From: an uncultured Candidatus Saccharibacteria bacterium
Lineage (GTDB): Bacteria > Patescibacteriota > Saccharimonadia > Saccharimonadales > UBA4665
DNA: 36,287 nucleotides
Direction of reading: 5' to 3'
Assembly (NCBI GenBank): GCA_964560755.1
Contig: CAZLLY010000004.1
Span: 1-36,287 of the forward strand
Shown here: positions 25,307 through 31,568 of the stretch, piece after piece
Layout: the number at the start of each line of letters is the position of its first letter
Position numbering within the stretch: the stretch's first letter is position 1
The notes under the pieces: model-generated
What the model was told of the DNA's origin: nothing
Seen by the model: the letters and a program-made list of their open reading frames with translations, nothing else
The model's database searches: none
Position numbers and translations under genes: made by a program

Positions 25307-26396
25307 AGCTTTTTAGTGGCATGATAATGTGTTGGTAGTCGGTATTTGCAGGGTCAGATAGTAACACTGGGTCAACTTTGCCGTTAAAACTTATCGTAAC
25401 TTCTTTGCCATTCATAACCTGCAGAGCATCATGTAAATACCGTGAGTTTAGGGTTATCGAACCGTTTCCTTTTGCGACAACTTTTGCGGTTGCGTTGTTT
25501 TCACCGAGCTGCGATGCAACGGCGCGGATCCAGATACTTTCACTCGCCTCGTCAACACTAAGGACGATACTACCCGCACTCTCCCGGGCAAACAGGCTTG
25601 TCACTTTGACGATACCAACGAGTTCTGACCGCGGAATCGTCGCAGTCGTCTCAAATGAGCTTGGTATAAGTTTGCGATAGTCTGGGTACCGACCTTCTAT
25701 TAGGCGAGCAACAAGCTCGACATCTCCCGCGATAAACTGGACTTGTTGGTCGTCATAAGTAATAACAACGTCGCCTGAAAAATCGTTTATTATACGTAAA
25801 ACATCATGGAGTGCAGTCGCAGGAACAAGTAGGGAAATGTCTTCGTCGGTCGTAACGAGACGTTTTTCAGCCAACCGATAACTATCGGTAGTCGCAATAT
25901 AGAGTGCTCCATCGACAGAGTGTAGTAACACGCCAGTTAAAACCGGGCGACTATCGTCGTTCGAGGCGGCAATAAGCACTTGCTGCAAGCCTTGTTTGAG
26001 TAGTGGGGCAGAAACGGTCAGCTTTTTACCTTTTTCTATCGCAGGCATAACAGGAAATTCTTCAGCGCTCACCCCGTTAATAACCGATTTATATTGGTCG
26101 GTGGTTATTTTTAGGCGCTGTTCGTCTTGCTCTATTTCGATAACACCACTCGGTAGCCCCGTAACTAGGTCTTGGATTAGTTTTGCAGGGACCGTTATGG
26201 AGCCGTCTTTTTGGACTTGTGCGCCGATATGGCTTTTGATCGCAATATCTAGGTTGGTAGCCGCGATAGAAAGCTGATTTTCCTGAATAGAGAGTAGTAC
26301 GTTGCTAAGTATCGGTAGAGTACTCCTTGTACTAGCTACTCGTGCAACATAATTTAGTGCTTTTGCTAGATTTTCCTGAGTAACTTTCAGTTTCAT
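25305..26396 (-). CDS. dnaN: DNA polymerase III beta sliding clamp
   Basis: This is a 363-aa ORF. The N-terminus MKLKVTQENLAKALNYVARVASTRSTLPILSNVLL is typical of DnaN. The three-domain length and the position between dnaA and recF also fit. Confidence 0.95.
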   Translation of the reverse strand: MKLKVTQENLAKALNYVARVASTRSTLPILSNVLLSIQENQLSIAATNLDIAIKSHIGAQVQKDGSITVPAKLIQDLVTGLPSGVIEIEQDEQRLKITTDQYKSVINGVSAEEFPVMPAIEKGKKLTVSAPLLKQGLQQVLIAASNDDSRPVLTGVLLHSVDGALYIATTDSYRLAEKRLVTTDEDISLLVPATALHDVLRIINDFSGDVVITYDDQQVQFIAGDVELVARLIEGRYPDYRKLIPSSFETTATIPRSELVGIVKVTSLFARESAGSIVLSVDEASESIWIRAVASQLGENNATAKVVAKGNGSITLNSRYLHDALQVMNGKEVTISFNGKVDPVLLSDPANTDYQHIIMPLKS

Positions 26397-26653
26397 ATCA
26401 AGTTATCCCCTCTGTCTTATTACAATTTAGTTTTCTTAAAAAGGAGTAGTTATTATAGGTGGTGTGGAAAGAGTGGAAAACAGTAAAATAACAGATTGAA
26501 ATAGTAGTGTAGGTTGTGTAGAAGGATAGGGTTAAGTTGTTTACGATGCTGCGGAAAAGTCTAGGTTTGTACACAGTGTATTTCTGGGGCCACAGACTAG
26601 GCTTAAAGTATCCACTAGTAAGGGGGGTGTTATACACAGCTACCCCACAAGCA
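26397..26653. other. dnaA-dnaN spacer with an AT-rich tract and degenerate DnaA boxes (possible second oriC module)
   Basis: An AT-rich tract lies at 26411-26460. The near-consensus box TTATACACA at 26630-26638 has 1 mismatch to TTATCCACA. Weaker 2-mismatch boxes lie at 26463-26471, 26472-26480 and 26608-26616. Confidence 0.4.
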
Positions 26654-28033
26654 TCACGCATAGAGTTGCTCCTTGATAGAGTGGTATGCTTCGCGGACAT
26701 CTGGGTCTGACTGGATGGCGAGGTCGAGTTTACCAACCGAATGGATGGCGGTAGTGTGGTCTTTTCGGCCGAGCTCCTGAGCTATTTTTGGGAAACTGAG
26801 GTGGAGCTCACTCCGCATAAGGTACATCGCAAGGTGTCTTGGGCGAACGATATCTTTGTCTCGTTTCGGGCTAAGTATATCCTCGACCGATATTTGGAAA
26901 TGTTTAGCACAAACCTCGATGATTTGTTTAGCGCTCAGGTGTTTTGGCCTAGTGCGGGCGGCACTCATAATACTTTGTACCATTGACAGGGTTGGGTCTG
27001 TTGCGCGCATCTCGCAGATTGCGAGAAGTTGGTTGAGGGCACCTTCGAGCTCACGGATGTTTGTCTGGACGTTTGTTGCGAGATACTCAGTAACATCGGT
27101 GGGTAGGGTGAAAGACCGACTCTCGGCCTTTGACTGTAAAATCGCACAGCGCGTTTCGAAGTCAGGGTTCTGCATGTCGATGGTCATCCCCCATAAAAAT
27201 CGACTGCGGAGGCGGTCCTCGAGGGCGTTAATGTCTTTTGGTGGTTTATCACTGCTCAGGATGATCTGCTTTTCTGCCTGGCGGAGGGCATTGAAGGTGT
27301 GGAAGAACTCTTCCTGGATTTTTTCTTTGCCCGCGATGAACTGTATATCGTCGATGATAAGAACATCCGCGTTTCGGTAGTAGCTTGCAAAGTCGGTGTT
27401 TTTTTTGAACCGCAGTGCATCAACAAACTCCTGAACAAACTGCTCGCTCGTTATGTATACCACACGGGCCTCGGGGTTATTGTTTAAAACTGCGTTTCCA
27501 ACCGCCTGGATAAGGTGAGTTTTACCGATACCAACGCCACCATAGAGGAAAAGAGGGTTATATTTCGTGCCTGGCTCGGCGGAGATAGCCTGGCAGGCTG
27601 CATAAGCGAGCTCGTTGCCCGACCCCACGACAAAGTTTTCAAAGGTGTAGTCACGGTTGATGCCACGGCGGTAGGTGTGGGTGAGGGGGCTTTTTGGCGC
27701 ACTCGAGATGAGGCTGGGCTGCCTTTGGTTGGTTGGCTGTGGCTGCGTCGGCGCCTCGTCTTTTTGAGGTGCGGTTAAGCCGGAGTGAATTTTGCAGCGG
27801 AGTACTCCCGTCGGCAGGCCATTTCGGGCGAATACTTCATCGAGCAGTTGGGTATATTTACCTTCGATCTGGCTACGGACAAATATGTTTTTGACGCCAA
27901 CCACGACCGCCTCATCACTCAGCTCGAGCAGTACGGTATGGCGAAAAAAAGTCAGAAAATTAGCCGAAGAAAGCCCAATTTCTAGGTCGCCGAGCACCCC
28001 CTGCCAAATTCTATCAAGATCAACCGCTGCCAT
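26654..28033 (-). CDS. dnaA: Chromosomal replication initiator DnaA
   Basis: Walker A is GGVGIGKTHL and Walker B is VLIIDDIQF. The C-terminal DnaA-box-binding domain contains KDHTTAIHS. I place the start at the ATG at 28031-28033 (MAAVDLDRIWQ...) because GGAGGGG lies 2-4 nt upstream. The track's 28084 start adds 17 residues with no RBS. Confidence 0.95.
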   Translation of the reverse strand: MAAVDLDRIWQGVLGDLEIGLSSANFLTFFRHTVLLELSDEAVVVGVKNIFVRSQIEGKYTQLLDEVFARNGLPTGVLRCKIHSGLTAPQKDEAPTQPQPTNQRQPSLISSAPKSPLTHTYRRGINRDYTFENFVVGSGNELAYAACQAISAEPGTKYNPLFLYGGVGIGKTHLIQAVGNAVLNNNPEARVVYITSEQFVQEFVDALRFKKNTDFASYYRNADVLIIDDIQFIAGKEKIQEEFFHTFNALRQAEKQIILSSDKPPKDINALEDRLRSRFLWGMTIDMQNPDFETRCAILQSKAESRSFTLPTDVTEYLATNVQTNIRELEGALNQLLAICEMRATDPTLSMVQSIMSAARTRPKHLSAKQIIEVCAKHFQISVEDILSPKRDKDIVRPRHLAMYLMRSELHLSFPKIAQELGRKDHTTAIHSVGKLDLAIQSDPDVREAYHSIKEQLYA

Positions 28034-28056
28034 ACCCCTCCAACGTTTTAGTAAGC

Positions 28057-28196
28057 TGTGAATAACTATAGCGGTAGTGCGCAAAGTTTTCCACAGTAGC
28101 TTTTACAACTCCCTACAAACAGAGTCTCTGTATTTTATCCACAGCCAACAGTCCAATCTGTTAAGCTGTGGAAAAGACTTGGCATCGGGTGGATAA
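28057..28196. other. oriC candidate: cluster of five DnaA boxes between dnaA and rpmH
   Basis: There is one perfect TTATCCACA at 28135-28143. The other boxes each have one mismatch: TTATTCACA (reverse complement, 28057-28065), TTTTCCACA (28087-28095), TTTTCCACA (reverse complement, 28167-28175) and TTATCCACC (reverse complement, 28188-28196). dnaA and rpmH diverge from this spacer. Confidence 0.7.
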
Positions 28197-28315
28197 GCTG
28201 CTATACTATCGACCGAAGTAACAACAGATGTGGCGTAAACCATGAACGCGAACAGGCATGCTCAGCGGTTTACCTATGCTATACTTTTAGTAACCTAATT
28301 TAAACTGGAGTCAGT

Positions 28316-28453
28316 ATGCCTAAGCGAACCCACCAACCAAAAAAACTACACAAATCAAAAGTACATGGTTTTATGAAGCGTATGGCCTCAAGGGCTGGTC
28401 GCGCAGTTTTGCAACGCCGCCGCAACAAGGGCCGCGCTCGCCTCGCCCAATAA
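28316..28453 (+). CDS. rpmH: 50S ribosomal protein L34
   Basis: This gene is below the ORF-track size cutoff. My own translation is [45 protein letters not shown] (45 aa), which is classic L34. It lies immediately upstream of rnpA. Confidence 0.93.
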   Translation: MPKRTHQPKKLHKSKVHGFMKRMASRAGRAVLQRRRNKGRARLAQ

Positions 28454-28503
28454 TAGTCCAAGGTTGACAGTAAGGACGGCGACACGGCCGTACCATTTAT
28501 TAG

Positions 28504-28845
28504 ATGATCGAAGTCAAACATCGGTTTCATGGCCACGCGAGCCTCAACTATCTGCATAGCAAGGGCAGAGTCGTTCGCGCCAAGGGGATGGGACTTAAAT
28601 ATGTCGACAACCCCAAACGGTCCAAGTACCGAGCGGCTGTTATAGTTAGCAAAAAGGTGCATAAATCTGCCGTGGTTCGCAACAGAATCCGCCGCCGCGT
28701 GTACGAGTGCATCCGCCTCAATGTTGCGCCGGACCAAAAAGTAGACTTCGCCTTTATGATATATACCGACGCAGTCGCAGAGATGTCGGCCGACGCACTG
28801 AAGACATTGGTAACGGGGCTTTTATTAAAAGCAAAGATAACGTAG
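28504..28845 (+). CDS. rnpA: Ribonuclease P protein component
   Basis: This 113-aa basic protein carries the RNR motif region KSAVVRNRIRRRVYE. It sits in the conserved rpmH-rnpA-yidC order. Confidence 0.9.
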   Translation: MIEVKHRFHGHASLNYLHSKGRVVRAKGMGLKYVDNPKRSKYRAAVIVSKKVHKSAVVRNRIRRRVYECIRLNVAPDQKVDFAFMIYTDAVAEMSADALKTLVTGLLLKAKIT

Positions 28846-28887
28846 CGAATCACAACGGGTACGACACTCAGACTGCACCTAAGATAT

Positions 28888-28933
28888 AAATGAAGTAAAA
28901 CTCACCTCTGTTAATATCTAATCCCAGGTTAAA
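28888..28933 (-). repeat. 46-bp intergenic motif, copy 3 (inverted relative to copies 1 and 2)
   Basis: The plus strand reads aaatgaagtaaaactcacctctgttaatatctaatcccaggttaaa. It lies in the rnpA-yidC spacer, 43 nt after the rnpA stop and 68 nt before the yidC ATG. Confidence 0.85.
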
Positions 28934-29001
28934 TACTGGTCTCTAGCCTACCACCCGTAAATCTCCTGTGGTACACTAGATCAAACGAGGTATCAATCAC
29001 T

Positions 29002-29940
29002 ATGTTTCAAGATTTTGTTGTCCAACCTATTTTTAACCTGTTAGTGTTCATTTATTCTATTATCCCTGGCCATAATTTTGGCTTGGCACTGATCATCTTT
29101 ACCGTAGTTATCCGTATGGCGCTCTGGCCGCTTGTTAAAAAGCAACTGCACCAAACGAAAATTACTCGCGCTCTACAACCAGAGCTAAAGCGTATCAAAA
29201 AAGAAGCCAAAGGCGACCGCCAAAAAGAATCCGTCATGATGATGGAGCTGTACAAGGAAAAGGGCGTTAACCCCTTCGGTACGCTCCCTATATTGGTCGT
29301 ACAGATGGTCGTGCTCATTGGTCTGTATGTTGGCCTTACCAAGGTAATAAAAGACCCGCATCAGATATACAACTTCGCCTATGGGTTTTTACAAAACACC
29401 GACTGGCTCAAGCACCTTTCCGCGAATATATCGGCGTTCGACAACACCCTGTTTGGGGCGGTTGATCTGTCGCGTCCGGCTGTTGGCACGCAGGGGCTGT
29501 ATATACCGGCATTGCTGCTCGTTATCGGTAGCGCCATCATGCAGTACATTACCAGCAAACAGATCTTGCCTTCGGGTAAGGATGCGCCAAAGTTTGGCGA
29601 TATACTGAGACAGGCCAGCGAAGGAAAGCAAGCAGATAGCGCCGATGTGAACGCCGCAGTTGGCCGCAGCACGGTGTATATCATTCCGGCGATGGTGCTG
29701 TTTTTCACCATAAACCTCGCAGCTGCACTTAGCCTGTACTGGTTTGTCGGTAGTATCGTCGCCTACTTCCAGCAGCGCGCTGTACTTGGCCAGGACGAAG
29801 AAGAAATGGAAGCACTCGCCGATGAGCCAACCAAAAAGGTTAGAGACGTGTCTAAAATCCCCGAAGCAGAAGTTGTAACACCTCCTAAAAAACAAAAACC
29901 CCTCAAGAAGAAGTCTGGCAGTAAAAAACGAAGGAGGTGA
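29002..29940 (+). CDS. yidC: Membrane protein insertase YidC (short monoderm/Oxa1 type)
   Basis: This is a 312-aa ORF. The segment GLALIIFTVVIRMALWPLVKKQ is typical of the YidC core. It has multiple TM helices and a highly basic C-terminal tail (KKQKPLKKKSGSKKRRR). Confidence 0.92.
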   Translation: MFQDFVVQPIFNLLVFIYSIIPGHNFGLALIIFTVVIRMALWPLVKKQLHQTKITRALQPELKRIKKEAKGDRQKESVMMMELYKEKGVNPFGTLPILVVQMVVLIGLYVGLTKVIKDPHQIYNFAYGFLQNTDWLKHLSANISAFDNTLFGAVDLSRPAVGTQGLYIPALLLVIGSAIMQYITSKQILPSGKDAPKFGDILRQASEGKQADSADVNAAVGRSTVYIIPAMVLFFTINLAAALSLYWFVGSIVAYFQQRAVLGQDEEEMEALADEPTKKVRDVSKIPEAEVVTPPKKQKPLKKKSGSKKRRR

Positions 29941-29945
29941 CACCG

Positions 29946-30419
29946 ATGGAAAACCAAGACATAGAGGCAGCAATCCAGTATGCGAAGAAATACATAGAGG
30001 ACTTGTTGTCGTTTTTTGGGCTTAATACCGACGTTTATGCTACGACCGAAGACGGCGAGGTTATCGAGCTAAACATCCCGTCGACACATATGAACGGCTT
30101 TTTGATCGGCCAGCATGGTGATACCACGCGGTCGCTGCAGTACGTCGTGAGCAATGCATTAAAAAACCAAGGCTATGCACATTCGCGGGTAAATGTTGAC
30201 GTTGCCGACTACAAGAAACAGCGCGCAGAGCGCCTGGCTGAGGATGCAGAGCAGTGGATACAAAAGGTCAAAGACACTGGCGAGACATATATTTGCAAGC
30301 CAATGAACGCTGCAGACCGTCGAACGGTCCACCGTGTCGCATCTGAGGCGGGTATCTCGAGCGAGTCGGATGGTGAAGGGCGCGAACGGCACATTGTGCT
30401 TAAGCCCGCCGAGGAATAA
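29946..30419 (+). CDS. jag: Jag/KhpB-type RNA-binding protein (KH + R3H domains)
   Basis: I prefer the ATG at 29946, with AGGAGG 8 nt upstream, over the track's GTG at 29937. The R3H motif region is MNAADRRTVHRVASEAG. The gene occupies the conserved position after yidC. Confidence 0.88.
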   Translation: MENQDIEAAIQYAKKYIEDLLSFFGLNTDVYATTEDGEVIELNIPSTHMNGFLIGQHGDTTRSLQYVVSNALKNQGYAHSRVNVDVADYKKQRAERLAEDAEQWIQKVKDTGETYICKPMNAADRRTVHRVASEAGISSESDGEGRERHIVLKPAEE

Positions 30420-30422
30420 CTT

Positions 30423-31427
30423 GTGCGCGGCAGCTACGGCCTAGGAGACCCGCGGATCGTCGTGTTGGGCGGGGGAACGGGTAGTTTTGTTGTGCTCAGC
30501 GCGCTCAAAAAACTCACGGCCAACTGTACGGCTATTGTGAATATGTGTGACGACGGCGGTTCAACCGGTGTGCTGCGTGATGAACTCGGAGTATTGCCCC
30601 CGGGCGACGCGCGGCAGTGTTTGGTGGCGCTCAGCGAAAGCCCTGATATGCGCGACGTGTTCAACTATAGGTTTGAGGCGGGTGGGCTAGCGGGCCAGTC
30701 ACTCGGTAATATCATACTGTCGGGGCTAGAACTACAACAGGGTAGTTTTGAGAAGGCTGTTGAGGTGGCAAGCCGTGTACTGAGGCTACGGGGCAAGGTG
30801 TGTCCTGTGGTACTCGGTGACCATAAACTAGTTATGCGTGATGGTGAAACCGAGATCGTCGGCGAGCACTCTATAGATATGCACCAGATCGTTACAAAAG
30901 ATGCGCGCGTACGGCTAGAGCCGAGGACGGTGCTGAACCCGGCGGCCGAAAAAGCTATCGCCGAGGCAGACCTGGTGGTTATCGCGCCAGGTAGTTTATA
31001 TACGAGCTTGCTTCCCATTTTTTCGGTCAACGGGATGGCGCAGGCACTGCAACAGACGGAGGCGCAGGTAGTGATGGTTGCGAGCCTCGTGAACAAGCCG
31101 ACGCAAACACCCGACTGGCATGTCGTCGACTACGTACGAAAAGTCGAGGAATATATAGGTGACGGGGTGGTTGACACGGTGTTATACAACGGGACGGATA
31201 TACCCACAGAGCTCCTCGAAAAGTATGCCGAGGCCGACGAGCACCCGATAGGCTGCGAACCGGAGCGTTTTGCTGAGATTGCTGCAACGCCCGTGCAGGC
31301 GGGACTCGTTTCGTCAACGATATCGGTGCAAAACCCGGCCGATACGGCGATACGGCGAACACTTATACGACACGACACCAGCCGTCTTGCCGACGAAGTT
31401 GCGTCGTTATTGAGTGTAGGTAGATAA
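30423..31427 (+). CDS. yvcK: YvcK/UPF0052 (CofD-like) family protein
   Basis: This 334-aa ORF starts at a GTG with GAGGAA upstream. Family hallmarks are VVLGGGTGSFVVLSALKK and DDGGSTGVLRDELGVLPPGDARQC. Confidence 0.85.
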   Translation: MRGSYGLGDPRIVVLGGGTGSFVVLSALKKLTANCTAIVNMCDDGGSTGVLRDELGVLPPGDARQCLVALSESPDMRDVFNYRFEAGGLAGQSLGNIILSGLELQQGSFEKAVEVASRVLRLRGKVCPVVLGDHKLVMRDGETEIVGEHSIDMHQIVTKDARVRLEPRTVLNPAAEKAIAEADLVVIAPGSLYTSLLPIFSVNGMAQALQQTEAQVVMVASLVNKPTQTPDWHVVDYVRKVEEYIGDGVVDTVLYNGTDIPTELLEKYAEADEHPIGCEPERFAEIAATPVQAGLVSSTISVQNPADTAIRRTLIRHDTSRLADEVASLLSVGR

Positions 31428-31477
31428 AGCACAAACCAAGTAAAATCTACAGATACAAATAGTCCGTATGCGGTAAA

Positions 31478-31497
31478 ATTGTAAAAATTCTTACAAT
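31478..31497. promoter_or_regulatory. 7-bp perfect palindrome ATTGTAA-N6-TTACAAT overlapping a TACAAT -10-like hexamer upstream of the SGNH hydrolase gene
   Basis: This was read directly from the sequence. It lies about 70 nt upstream of the GTG start at 31569. Confidence 0.25.
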
Positions 31498-31568
31498 ATA
31501 TTTGCGTAGCGGGGCAGTTTACGGTACTATGTGGATGAAACCTATAAACGGAGCTTGGGAGAAGCGCG

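Noticed and set aside
26398-26736. 112-aa minus-strand ORF spanning the dnaA-dnaN spacer
   Set aside because: It overlaps the 3' end of dnaA and runs through the AT-rich, DnaA-box-containing spacer. Its translation is low-complexity (Y/T/N/F-rich), so a non-coding origin-associated spacer is more likely.
28034-28084. 17-codon N-terminal extension of DnaA given by the ORF track (start at 28084)
   Set aside because: The internal ATG at 28031-28033 has a GGAGG-type RBS directly upstream and begins the conserved DnaA N-terminus. The extension would also run across the first DnaA box (28057-28065).
28300-28737. 145-aa minus-strand ORF over rpmH and rnpA
   Set aside because: It is antisense to two highly recognisable conserved genes (L34 and the RNase P protein), so it is a shadow ORF.
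28888-28933. The 46-bp motif as a Rho-independent terminator or as a simple promoter, and its ATG-AAG-TAA mini-ORF as a translated uORF
   Set aside because: I can fold only a 4-7 bp stem with wobble pairs and there is no T-tract. The TTAATAT element faces a downstream gene in only 2 of 4 copies. No Shine-Dalgarno sequence precedes the mini-ORF. None of these simple explanations fits all four copies.
29389-29973. 194-aa minus-strand ORF antisense to yidC, and the 250-aa ORF at 31130-31882 antisense to yvcK and the start of the SGNH gene
   Set aside because: Both are fully overlapped by genes with clear family motifs. Neither has an RBS or any recognisable domain.
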